Assembly (NCBI RefSeq): GCF_006345805.1 | Contig: NW_021835988.1 | Coordinates: 372,001-436,000 of the forward strand | Length of the DNA: 64,000 nucleotides | Reading direction: 5' to 3' | Source of the DNA: Octopus sinensis | Lineage: Eukaryota | Shown: in pieces, positions 1 through 12,132 of the stretch | Position numbering within the stretch: position 1 is the first letter of the stretch | Layout: every line of letters starts with the position of its first letter | The notes under the pieces: model-generated | What the model saw: the letters and a program-made list of their open reading frames with translations, nothing else | Databases searched by the model: none | Told to the model about the DNA's origin: nothing | Program-made: the position numbers and the translations under genes

Positions 1-266
1 AAACGATGAGGGCGAAGGAAAGAAATTATGAAGCGCTGCGAGATCGATTCGTGTTCTGTCCGATTGTGGTCGAGACAACTGGAGGAATAAGTGGGAAATC
101 GCTTCGCTTCCTAAAGAAGCTTGGACGCTTAGCCACATTAAAAAGCCACGACACACGTGAGACCCGGTGGCTTCTCCAGTTGATCTCCGTTGCTATCGTG
201 AGAGGCAACGCAACGTCAATTATGTTGGCGGGGTTCACTTCGGACCGGTTAAATTTTCTTAATTAA
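1..266 (+). mobile_element. 3' end of CRE-clade non-LTR retrotransposon (restriction-like endonuclease C-terminus)
   Basis: ORF 6..266 reads FCPIVVETTGG...WLLQLISVAIVRGNA, the same motif as the C-terminus of the intact element at 24489..27425. Confidence 0.8.
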
Positions 267-400
267 TTCCATAAATTAACTTCTGTATCTGTAATAAAAA
301 TGTTTATAGTAAAATTAATACTATTCTCGATTTTCATAGTATTTAATTAGCAGCAGAGGATAAGATGGAATGGCAATTTCTTGTGAGATACGTTATTATA

Positions 401-2476
401 TGTGACCGGTTGAATACGAGCCCAGGTTGAATACGAGCCGTTAAAAAAATCGTCAATATTTTTTTAATGAAAAAATTAATCAATTAATTAATTTATACCT
501 TTATAATGATTTGTAATTTTAACAATTCTAAATTTTTCACAAATTTTTGTTTTCTTAACGGTTTACGTCAGATAGAATAGTAATAGATTTTTCCTCACGT
601 TAGTTTTTTTTTGTTATGAAGGTTGTCCGTTTCAATCTGCTACAAAAGCAAGAAATTATAACCTATCTGAAATATCAAATTATACCATCCAATTTGCTAA
701 AGGAGAAGCGAAATTTTATAAGAACTACATCCTTATTCAGATTAATAGACTCCTCGCCGGATCAATTATTTTTTATCAAAACAAGTGGAATTCTTTTGCA
801 TGTGTTCGTTGTGGAAGAGGATGAACAGCAGAGGATATTTATTGAAAATGTTCACCTCAAAAATGGACATCCTGGTCGTGATAGACTTCTTTCTCTTTTA
901 AAGAATTTAGTCTATGGATCTTGCAGAGATGAAGTTATGCTTGTTCTCAGGTCTTGTCCACAATGTCTTGCAAGACGACTTATGAACACTCGACCAAGTA
1001 TAACACCTATCAGAGCATATACAGTCAGAGAAAGGTAGTAGTTATCTACTCTAATATCAGATATATTTTTGATTTAGTTGATCTACGGCATTATTCAAAT
1101 GCCAATGACAATTTTTGCTGGCTTTTGGTTGGGTTGGATTCTTTTTCTAAATTTTGTTGGACAAGACCTCTAAAGACTAAATCGGCCATGGAGGTGTCAA
1201 GTGCAATAAAAAGTATAATTCTGATGTTTGGAAAACCAACCATTTTGCACACAGACAATGGCAAGGAATTCGTAAACGAAAAAATGTTCGATTTATGCTC
1301 AACATATCGTATAAAACACGTCAGAGGGCGTCCTAGGTGTACATGGGTGCAGGGACAAGTAGAGCGGCTGAATCAGACATTGAAGTTCATGATTTCTTCT
1401 ACGTGCTTTTCAAAGAATTTGAATTTCAGATGGATCGATATCATCGAAGAAATTACAAGTTCGTATAATTCTGTCCAGCATTCGACCACTTTGCACGCTC
1501 CATTCGAATTGATGTTTGGAGCTTCTGCCGATGACACCGTTAATAATCACTACTCAGAAAACGAAATGAATGAAATATTCCACCAAATTTATTCGGGGAA
1601 TAAAGAAACACAAAGTGAAGCAACTGAATATCTTGCATGGTTTTGGTCATCGAATGAAACCACGAGAACGAAAGCAATTTCGAATTCAGACCATGCCGAA
1701 AGAAAAATGTTAGGAAAAAGAACCTGGAAGAATGATATTTCCATTTTTAACATCGGCGATCGAGTTGTCAGGAGGGTGTATCTTGACAATAATAAAAAAA
1801 CACGGAAAAGTGCCTTAAATGAGCACATTGATACATTCACATATTATGTTAGAGGAGTATCTGCCACAGGAATTGTTGGTACTGTGAGCAGAAGATGGTA
1901 CTGTGATTCAAGAAAATAGCAGAGACTTAGCGAGGCTAGAATAGCTTAATCGAAATTTAAAGATTTTCTTACAAATTAATTTAAATAAGATTATTTAAGT
2001 GATAACAGGAACAAAGATCTTCTTAAATTATTCCCGAATATGATCAAGAAAAGTTGTTCAGCAATTTTTTTCTGTTTAATCAAAATTCAATCAATTCTTT
2101 TGTCAGATGGCTCGGATCGCTGATCTGTGTACATGAAGGACACTCGCAAGACCCAATGGCTGTTTCAGCGTCTCTCATTGGGGGCTGCGTGGCCTCTTTC
2201 CTTCTCCTTTTTATACATACTTTCCGCCTATCAATGAAATGTATATTATCAAAAATTAAAATGATGTAAATTATAATTTGCTAATGTTGTGAATAATTTG
2301 ACTAATTTAAAGCAAACTTGGTTTAGATATAAAACTTCATTTTTTAAAAGATTAAAGGTTCAATCATTAGTACGCGCTGTAAGCCATTTTGTCAATTGGC
2401 TTTTTTTATCGGTATATTGACTATCGATTTTTTTAACGGCTCGTATTCAACCGTATCTCATTTTCGACCGGTCACA
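401..2476 (+). mobile_element. Ginger2/TDD-like integrase DNA transposon, complete with TIRs
   Basis: TGT...ACA termini; ~60 bp imperfect TIRs (TGTGACCGGT...GGTTGAATACGAGCCGTTAAAAAAATCG); 5 bp TSD TTATA at 396-400 and 2477-2481. Confidence 0.88.
616..1919 (+). CDS. Integrase-type transposase (H2C2 zinc finger + rve core), 2 exons 616-1034 and 1061-1919, 425 aa; extreme C-terminus frameshifted
   Basis: HLKNGH...CPQC finger; DLVD, HTDNG and GQVERLN DDE motifs. Removing the 26 nt GT-AG intron 1035-1060 joins the two ORFs as TVRERYIFDLVD. Confidence 0.85.
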
Positions 2477-3029
2477 TTATATAATAAAAAATGACGAAAA
2501 ATGCGCAAATTCAACATTTGGTCAAAGAATCGCAAGAAGTAGGTAGCGAACAATTTCAAGGCTTTGACAAGAAAGATTTTGATTCATTTGGATTAGAATG
2601 ATTCATCCAAGGACTGTTTTATCAAAGGAACTGGTATTTATATATACCAGTCACTAAAGCAAAAAAGTAAAAGAATTGGTTTTTCACATATTTTACATTT
2701 GTTTTTGAATGATTTTCTAATGTAACATGATAAATCTGTATAAAAATGTAAAAATGTAACGTGAATCAATTAGGTTTTTTTTCAAATAAAATTACTTATT
2801 TAAAATTTAAAAAGCACTTTTGAAGGGTATGTTGGTTTTGTGAGCAATGATAAAATCAGAAACAGCTTAAGAAATTATTTAAACATGGTCTAATTTATTA
2901 TATAACTATTTTCAGGATAAAATAAAACGATTTATACAATTTTTTTCTGTGGTCCTTCCAAAAACCGGGTCCGCTCTAAAACCGTTGACATTTTATAAAG
3001 CTCTTCCATGTAAAAGCATGTAATGGGTA

Positions 3030-3690
3030 GGGCCATACGTGTCGCCCACCCATATGAGCCGACCATGACATATTAAAGTAGTTTCTTTGAAAAATTATCG
3101 ATTTTATCATCTAATTTGCCAACAAAATTGAAAGGCCCAAAAATAGCCAATTTGAGAGGGTTGAGTGTATTAAAAAATCAGAATAATAGAATAGGATCAG
3201 AATAATAGAATAGGATCAGAATAATAGAATAGGATCAGAATAATGGAATAGGATCAGAATAATAGAATAGGATCAGAATAATAGAATAGGATCAGAATAA
3301 TAAAAAGATCAAAATAATAAAAAAATCAAAATAATAAAAAAATCAAAATAAACAATAGAATACTAGAGAGAAATAAATTTAAAAAAGTCTGTATGAATGC
3401 ATATTAATTAATTGATAAAATGAATACAAATTCACTTGTAAAATATACTTTATGCAAGATATTTTACCAGTAATCAATTTAATTAATAGTCAAACAAATA
3501 AAAAAACAAAAAAATTATAAAATAAAAACATTAAAGCACGAAAAAATAAAATAAGAATTAACTACAGACATGCACAACAAAAGAAAATAATATAACGTGC
3601 GTGATAATTTATTGTAGTTAATTCGATAAATTAAAAACATTTAAAAAATAAAATAAATAACATTTAATGTCATCAATCAACGTTGGCCTG
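3030..3690. repeat. Dispersed AT-rich repeat family, probably a non-autonomous element, containing a 19 bp minisatellite (ATCAGAATAATAGAATAGG, ~3177-3300)
   Basis: Related copies at ~19185-19865, 24040-24448, 35580-36050 and inverted at 44655-44770. Confidence 0.75.
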
Positions 3691-3849
3691 ATCGAATCGA
3701 GTGAGTACAATAAAATAGACCTTGTTGTCAGAAGAGTACTCCGAAAGAATCACGTCCACGTTTTGGCAAGCAATAAAGAGAAGTTATACTTAATTATTAT
3801 TATAACACATTCCGTTGGAACATGAACGAAGTTATAATCCCACACGTGT

Positions 3850-4990
3850 CCCAAGCGAAACAATCTTCTTGACCATCCTTGTCTATGCCCCTCTGTTGCG
3901 GGCGAGATCCCGCAAAGATTCTAGGTCGTCCCAGTTTTTAAAACTTTTGCCATGAAGTTTGAGATCCCTCTCCAGAACTGCCGGAAGAGTGGATCTAGGA
4001 CCTAAATTTCTTTCCGGTAGTGAAATATCTGCTGAAGACATTTTATACCATGCACAAGTTCGATGGCTATCACAAGGTGAAACAGCATGTCGTGTGTTCG
4101 ATTTACGAAAAGAAATATCAATCTTTTACTCATCAAAGCAAAAAGAGTGTCCTTTGGATAAAAAAATTTCTTAATTGACTTAGCATTTCTGGTTGATGTA
4201 CTCACATATATTAATAATTTGAATATATCTTTGCAAGGTAAAGACCAAACAAAGATCCTGGCCGTCGTTAGAATAACTTGTATAATACATTTCTTTTAAT
4301 TAATTTTCCTTCTTTCTTATCTTTTGTCCATGAAATAATTATTTATTTTAATAATATGATGTCCCTGATGAACGAGAGCATTTCCTGTCTAAGAACTCAT
4401 TCGGTTTCGATTACAATGGGCAACCTATGCGGTCACTTTTAATAATTAAAAAAATTACTATATTAATATCGAAAAAATAATGCAGAAAATGTGCGGCCGT
4501 GGAAGAGAAGGAAAACAAAATGCTATGCGGCCGCAAACCCAAAAAGCTTGCGCACCCCTGATCTAGGTCTTCCACGATATTTGTCTCCATGTTCGGAGAA
4601 ATAATCGTCCATTGCCCGATTGGCCGGAGCTCTGGGGTCCATTCGCAAAATATGGCCAAATAATTTCCACCGGCCTCCAACGATTTCTTGAGACAATGGC
4701 GTAGCATCGTAGTGTTTATACAGAGATAGATTGCTAATTTTTGATGGCCAGTGTATTCCGTGTAAGAGACGTAGTTTTTTACGGTGAAAAGAGTCTATAG
4801 TCTTCAGTTCAGTGTCCGAGATCCCCCATGTTGACGAGTTGTATAGTAGAACAGGCTTTACGAATGCATTATAAAGCCTTGATCTGAGAGCCCGATTTAT
4901 CGGCCAAGCTTGGAGCCATTTTTTACGTATTCTGCTCAGAGCCGCGGTAGCAAGCATCTTTCTACGAGAAATGTCTTCACTATCTCAAAG
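3850..4990 (-). mobile_element. RTE-clade LINE 3' end split by a hAT remnant
   Basis: ORF 4523..4957 (RLYNAFVKPVLLYNSSTW...GRWKLFGHILR) breaks after GRPRS and resumes at ~3998 as TLPAVLERDL. Confidence 0.78.
3999..4560 (+). mobile_element. Buster-type hAT remnant; right TIR retained, left end deleted
   Basis: LYHAQVRWLSQG motif; terminal TTGCGCACCCCTG; flanks ATCTAGGA/ATCTAGGT resemble an 8 bp TSD. Confidence 0.7.
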
Positions 4991-5149
4991 TAGGGAGCCG
5001 AGTTTGTTGGCATTCCTCCATGTTTCGCCAATTCTGGTGTCCATTCGTTTTATCTCTGTCAATTCAGTTTTGGAAGTGTTAATTATCAGGAACCATCTGT
5101 TAAGCATTCGTCGAGAATTGTTTGAAAATGTCTATTGCACAATGTCTGA

Positions 5150-5830
5150 TATAACACAAGCAAAACAATCATACGAACTATCTATTATGTCTTTCAATGT
5201 AAGAGGCCTTAAATCGACATGGAAACAACATGTGAGGACATGAAGAAATACAGGATCTCGGTTGGATGTCTACAAGAAACCAAAGTGAAACTCGGGGATG
5301 AGCAAGTCTATGGGGACTATCGCCTTATTCTGCTGCCCTCTGAATGCGGACACTTGTGGCACACAAACACCTATCTACTTGTATTCATCGCTGCAGGAGA
5401 GTCATCGATCGAATATCTGTACTACAAATAAGTACCGGACACAAAACCGGAATGCTTTCTATCATTAATGTTTATGCCCCTCAAAATGGCAGGATTGCCA
5501 AGAATCTCGACGAACTAGACTTTTTTACGAGGAGCTAGCTAGGACACTCACAAGTCTGGAGGATTCGTCCATTCTATTCATCGCGGGGGATTGGAATGCC
5601 AAGGCCGATAAGGCTGCCTTATTTGACTCCCGATCATATGGAGGATCTCGAGTTGACAGTGATCATAAAATGGTCGTTGGACGTTTCTACATCAAGAAAC
5701 ACCATGCGCCCCTCAACGCGCGAAGACGCCCATCTGGTTCAAGGAAAAGATATCTCACGGAAAAACTTTTGTACTCCTCCCTCACTCGGGAAAACTATCA
5801 AAAATCATTGGAGAGCTATATCTCTCGTAT
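5150..5830 (+). mobile_element. RTE-type apurinic endonuclease fragment (decayed)
   Basis: SFNVRGL, GCLQETK, INVYAP, IAGDWNAK and DSDHKMV motifs; a longer copy lies at 21330-22504. Confidence 0.78.
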
Positions 5831-6267
5831 AAGAACTTCAAAAGCGTTGGACTTTGAAAATTACTCAGCTAATTAGTTTCTTTTTATTACAATAATGTGT
5901 GCCGTGAATTATTTTTCAAAAAGCTCTAATTTAGACCGTGAATAAAACAGATAACATTTTCTTTTATGCTTTTAATGAATGACTTCAAATTGACCTCGGA
6001 AGAATTAGAAACGACCGCCGCAAGCTCAATCGGCTTTTTGAGCGTGTCTAAATATACGATCTTAGGTGAAACAGTTTTTCAATTCTATCCAGTCGATCAT
6101 CAGACACACAAGAATAAGTGTATTTTCCATTTTAGATACGTACAATCAGCCAAGAATATGATGATGGCAATACTATATCTGATCATGCGTGAGGATCAAA
6201 AGACGGAGGTGACTGAAGAGCTTAACCGGCCTCAGGTTTCCCGACCATTAGGAATCCTCTAGAACAG

Positions 6268-6560
6268 GTGTTCTCAACCGGGGGCGAAAATTTTGTACAA
6301 GGGGGCGATAATTTTGTACAGGGGGGCGATAATATATTTAATAAAAAATAAAATTTATATTTATTAAAAATTGTTTAATTAGAATATTTTTAATGGCAAG
6401 CCTAATAATTTAGAGCACGCTATACACCAGCGGTTCTCAACCGTGGTCCCCAGAAAATTTTTAGTGGTCCCCAGGAATTTTCGAAAAATAAAAATATATT
6501 AAAGTTAAAACTAATTGTACAATTAAGTATAAATCAAAAACATTGAAATTAATCAAGCGG
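6268..6560 (+). mobile_element. Cluster of orphan hAT terminal fragments
   Basis: CAGGTGTTCTCAACC at ~6266, CAGCGGTTCTCAACC at 6428 and GCGGTTCTCAA at ~6557; no matching partner ends. Confidence 0.55.
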
Positions 6561-7189
6561 TTCTCAAGGGGGAAAATCCTTTAGGTGGCTTTCAAGGGGG
6601 AAAATCCTTTCGAGAATTTGTGAACTTTCCCCTGCGATCTCTTTGTTTTTGCGTGATAATATGCAGCATGATTGGGCCGATCAATTCGATGATTTTACTG
6701 GCTTTTTCAACGCATATCAATAGCCATCTTGCGTGGGAATTGCCATTCCATCTTATCCTCTGCTGCTAATTAAATACTAAATAACAGATTCAAATATGAT
6801 AATTTCGTTTTTAAAAAAAATATATGTAAAAAAAAAATTTTAATAAAAAATTATAAATTTCTTTTAAGATGCCAATCTGTAGGAAAGACAGATTTTTGTT
6901 ACGACGATTTATCAAATTGAAAAGCAAAAAAGATATTAATAATATATTAATTAATTTCTTCAAAAAACAATTTTTTTGGGTTTTAGTGGTGCATGAATAG
7001 GCTTGAATGGCCACTTAATAGTCCAAGAAAGTTTGCCCTCAAATGCGAAAAAAGTTTTTTGATATACGAGTAATCCCCCGAGTACTGCCCCCTTATCAAC
7101 GGAACATGTATAGTCCTCCCAATTAGTCGACAGTCGGTGACGAATTTGCCCATAAATATTCCCGTCTTGTACGTACATTCAAATACCAG

Positions 7190-8100
7190 GGAGGAACATT
7201 GGTAACACGTGACTATTTACAAAATTCTAAGTTATTCAATACATTTTTGTTCGAATGGGATATCAGGTTGGCTGAAGAAAAAAACAAAATACTACTCGTA
7301 ATTGACCAATGTCCATCTCACAAGATTTTTACAAATTTACAGCAAATTGAAATAATGTTTTTGCCGGCAAATGCTACGTGTTTATTACAGCCGATGGACC
7401 AAGGAGTCATTAAGACATTCAAGACGCTATTCAATAAATTCAAATTTCTTGAAATTATTGAAAAAAATGAACTCGGAAAATCGTCATCTGAGGAATGTAA
7501 AGAAATAAACCTTAAGGATGCTTTTTTTTTAATTAGTCTATAAAAATATTCAAATTTGTCTCTCGAATCCGCCAAACTCTCGAATCCGCCGTAATTTCCC
7601 AGGTCCCAAATTTGGCGGATTCGAGAGGTTTTACTGTACCAAAATTTTACTCTTTGTGGTTTCATTAATAAAATGAAATTAACTGCCCATAGGTATCGCG
7701 TGGCCCATGTGACAAAATAATCGCATATGTGGGAGAAGCATGAAGTCGAGTAACAACAACAACAATTGTCAATTGTTGGATGAAAATAAACGAACAGAGA
7801 ACATGTTTTCCTGAAACTAATTCAAAAAAAGAATCTGAATTAATTGATAAGCATGTTTTAGCTTTAATGGATCTTGAAATAAACGGAATTGAGGATAATG
7901 ATACTTTGTATAATGGAAATGATGAAATTGAAGGGTCCGACTTAAAAGATTCAATGAGAATAATCAATGATCTTGAAACTTCCTTATTCAACACTTGCCC
8001 TGAAGGACTCAAAGAATACTATGAATTCAAGATAAAAATGTCGAAGATTCTAAGAAATAAATATAATACTGGATTCAAAATAACTGATTATTTTTCATAG
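7190..8100 (+). mobile_element. pogo/Tigger (DDE_1) transposase remnants
   Basis: LVIDQCPSH...FLPANATCLLQPMDQGVIKTFK; TIR-like TCGAGAGGTTTTACTG followed by TA at ~7621-7639; C-terminal KITDYF. Confidence 0.8.
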
Positions 8101-8208
8101 AATAAATTAATTCCTCTTTTTTAATACGAAAAAACATATTTTATTATTAAAAAATACAAATATTTGCGTTTGAAATATAAAAATTATATATACCTCTATC
8201 TTAGGGGC

Positions 8209-8828
8209 AATGGGAGAAATCAATTAAAATGTTTCAGTCATTATTAATAATGTTTATTTAAAAATACATGATTCTTCAAACCAATAATTAATTATAGAAA
8301 TTAAAGGATCAAGGAACCAATAAACATAGAAATAATGAAAAAAACCATAAATAACAAGTAAAAACTATTCATCGCAGAAAAATATAAAATAAATATTTTT
8401 TAGATATAGAAAATGTATAAAAATGGGAGAAATCAATTAAAATGCTTCAGTCATTATTAATAATGTTTATAGAATGATTAAAAATACATGATTCTTCAAA
8501 CCAATAATTAATTATAAAATTAAAGGATCAAGGAACCAATAAACATAGAAATAATGAAAAAAACCATAAATAACAAGTAAAAACTATTCATCGCAGAAAA
8601 ATATAAAATAAATATTTTTTAGATATAGAAAATGTATAAAAATGGGAGAAATCAATTAAAATGTTTCAGTCATTATTAATAATGTTTATAGAATGATTAA
8701 AAATACATGATTCTTCAAACCAATAATTAATTATAAAATTAAAGGATCAAGGAACCAATAAACATAGAAATAATGAAAAAAACCATAAATAACAAGTAAA
8801 AACAATTCATCACAGAAAAATATAAATA
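8209..8828. repeat. Tandem repeat, ~2.8 copies of a 213-219 bp AT-rich unit
   Basis: AATGGGAGAAATCAATTAAAATG recurs at 8209, 8422 and 8641. Confidence 0.9.
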
Positions 8829-9379
8829 CATCAACCACAAAAAGTAATGACAAACTACACGTCATATAATACGTTATTTTAGGAATTAAATAAAATCTTG
8901 AAATTTAAAAAAAATAAAATTATAATTTTAGTTATTTGTATTTAAATTACACTGTTTCAAATTATTTGTTATTGTCTCCTCATTATAATAAACTTTGGAA
9001 AAAAATCAGATAGATAGTGTGCTTCTATACTGAAAACTTCAATTCTCATTCTGATTAACGAGGTTACTTGATTATCTTTTAGCAGTTGTACGAGGACAAT
9101 GTTGCCAGATAAGCTATTTAAATTAAACGTGTTTATTTTATTTTTTGATTATTGATTTTTTTTCGAATTGGCTCTAAAATTTTTATTTACCAAAAATGGC
9201 CAATTTGCAAGGGTTCACTGTATCGATATTTTTCATCCCTATCAAAAAATCTATTTTTGTGTATAAAGAATCAACATTGATCCCAGACTTTATGAAGTTT
9301 ATCTCTAATCCAGAATTTAAATATGAGGTACAGAAAAGTCTGCGAGCTAACTTGAGTTATCAAACATGCTCCAATTATT

Positions 9380-10571
9380 CTCATACGATATTTGACCGCA
9401 CTATACAATGCAAACTAGAGACTTGGGTACGTACCGGACTCTTGGAAAAAGTATGACGTATGATTCCAAAGCCTAGAAAAATTAAGGACCATGAAGAGAA
9501 CTATCGGTCAATAAGCCTAATATGCTCCGTCTTTAAAATTATAAAACGGATTGTCTTCACAAGGCTTTCGAACTTCGTAGAGGAATCAGGTACACTTGCA
9601 GCGGAGCAGTGGGGATTCCGACGAAAAAGATCCTACGGGAATTGTTCTATATGGCTACATACAAGTCCTCATCTATATGGCTTGGAAATGGAAATAACTC
9701 ACCGCGCAATGAAGGATTGGCATGTTTTCTTCAGGATCTGAATATTTTCTTTTTCAGCGAAGAACTGGTCTCAAGGTGCCCTCATTGTAAAGCGGCGAAG
9801 AAAACAGTGGATCATCTGGCCACTAGATGTGAACGTATGCTGTATCTTGACTACACGAGACGTCATAATGAAGGTGTACGCTGTTTACATCTCCATTTTT
9901 GTCGTCTTTATGGATTGAAGAATCAGAAAAGGTTGAAGACACATTCAGTGCAGGAGGTTATATCGAATGAAAGAGTTGAGGTACGGGTGGACACTCGAAT
10001 CGAGACTGATTCTACCGTTCGTTATAACAAACCTGATTTATTGGTATATGATAAAAAAGAGAACGTAATTTGGATTGTGGAAGTGGGAGTTACTTCTCAA
10101 GATAATTTACAGCGAGTAGAACTTGAAAAGTTAAGAAAATATGATTTGCTCGCTAATGAATTATCCCTGATTCACAAGGCCAAAGTGAATATAATTCCTG
10201 TTGTCCTTGCATGGGATGGCATTGTGTCTAAATATTTTAAAAAATATTTGGACTCGATCAGAGTGAGGGAACATCTGATTGCTTATATGCAATCAATCGC
10301 GCTTAAGCGTACGATGGAGAGCACTGTGCTGGACTTTCGGAGTGGTCTTTCGCAAATGGATTATGAAGCCCGGGTTGAGGAGGTACTCTCAAAATACGAG
10401 GAAGCTAACGGGATCGGTGACCAAGAGATCGCGGTGCGTCGACTCGTCGAGGATGCCTACCATGTTCCTTTTCTGGATGGTTCGAAACGAGTTAAAATTG
10501 ACGAAAGTGTGAACCCTGGGATGATAGATCGGGAAGATAGTGGAGCTCGTAGAGTGGACTCCGAAGGCTGA
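9380..10571 (+). mobile_element. Chimeric remnant: Jockey-like RT fragment (~9380-9640) joined to an R2/R4-type RLE non-LTR 3' region
   Basis: NYRSISLICSVFKI...QWGFRR, then CPHC...HLATRC zinc knuckle, RHN, KPDL and IVEVG..EK PD-(D/E)xK motifs. Confidence 0.8.
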
Positions 10572-10689
10572 AAGGTCTTTTAAGTAATTATTTGTTAACA
10601 TTTGTTTTGTTTCAATCGTGTCTATACATCAATATTAACAATTAGTTAAATATTTTAGAGAAATATTCTACTTTTTAATTTATAAAAAA

Positions 10690-11360
10690 GCGTGGAACTA
10701 TGCGTATTGTGAAGCTCAGCAAAGAAATTCTTGAAAAAATCAAAAAAATCAGAGAAAACCAAGAAGAAAACACAATAGACGACAGTCCCAACAGAAAACA
10801 ACGATTAAGACTAAAGCAGCTTGCGAAAAACATATGCTTTGAAAATGGAAATGTATTCTTTATTAAGAATTCAACCAAATTGTGATTTTTCGCAGAGGAT
10901 GACATGACATTGAGTTGAAGCGTAAATGTATTGAGGTATTGGATTAATTAACATAAGTCGAAATCTGCGGTAGAAATACCTAACCTATTCCAAAATATTT
11001 TTTATTACATCGGACCACCAATCATCCTCCAAACAGACAATGAGAAAGAATTCTGTAATTCGTTAATTGACGAAGTCTGTGAAAAATATTCGATCAAGCA
11101 TGTGCGTGGTAGGGCACGAGCGCCCTGGATACAAGGGCAAGTAGAGAGGTTGCCTGATGGTTTTAATTTTTTAAGGTTCAACCAAAGCATAAAACGTTGG
11201 ATATCTTCACCAAGTGCCTCTCGTGGATATTTTGGGCGATATTGTACCATAATCAAAGACATTGTTTATGATTACAATAACACAATACACTCCACAACCG
11301 GAAAAGACCTGTTCTACTTGTTTATGGGTGCTCAAAATCCAATAACGGAGTCGAAAATTG
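10690..11360 (+). mobile_element. Ginger-like integrase fragment with a 27 nt intron (11149-11175)
   Basis: ILQTDNEKEF and HVRGRARAPWIQGQVER|FNQSIKRW; internal deletions. Confidence 0.75.
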
Positions 11361-11409
11361 AACAATTATTATCGGGAGATGTCGACAGTGAAATTGTAAA
11401 TTTCACGTT

Positions 11410-12132
11410 GAATTTTAAAAAATTTAATCTTTTTCATGTTAATTGCGTCACCCATATTTTGCATAATTGTTCAATGGAGCTCAGAAAATCTTATCCAGAA
11501 GTTGATGATGTGATAGCTAGCGTGCAAGCTTCTGTCAGGAAGAACCACAAGCGAAAATTGTTGTTTTACGAAATTGGAATTCCTCCGAAAGTTGTGTTGA
11601 CGAGATGGGGGCACCTGGTTAAAGGCTGCATCTTTTTATTCAAGAAATTTAATCTCAGTGATTAACATTTTTGATTTGATTGAGGACGAAGGAATACTAA
11701 TGACTGCCACCAAAAATGCATTGAAAATTGAAAAACTAGTAAAAAGCTTATGTGCAATTTCGCATAACTATTCACATATTCCAGGTTTTTCATATAGTAA
11801 TTAATCTCATAGAGAAAATATTACAACTTGAAAGTAACGAATGTACAATAGAATTTGCATATTCGACGTTAAGTACACTTGACTTCGGAAAGGATGAAGC
11901 AGGGATCAAAAAATATTTAGAGAAGAGAATTTTAGAGAGCGATATGACTAAAATTATTAATATGGATAATAAAAATAATTCTCCAGAAGATTATTCGTTA
12001 CTTCAAAACTGTCAACCATCCTCGGCATCTATCGAACGATGCTTTTCGCAATTTAGGAGTTTTATGAGGTCAAACAGAAACTTTGCTACACAAAATTTGG
12101 AAAATTATGTTATGTCCATTTTCAATAAATAG
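11410..12132 (+). mobile_element. hAT-like transposase C-terminal remnant (non-Buster type)
   Basis: CVTHILHN (CxxH), TRWG and SSASIERCFS motifs; frameshifted. Confidence 0.6.

Larger units (their letters stand above)
1..5830 (+). repeat. Segmental duplication copy A (partner ~16078..22235); left boundary lies outside the window
   Basis: Near-identical collinear sequence across several unrelated nested TEs; differs by point changes and indels. Confidence 0.93.

Noticed and set aside
401-2476. LTR retrotransposon origin of the integrases
   Set aside because: Inverted rather than direct termini; no gag, protease, RT or RNase H
3177-3350. Telomeric repeat
   Set aside because: 19 bp unit inside a dispersed element, interstitial and not G-rich
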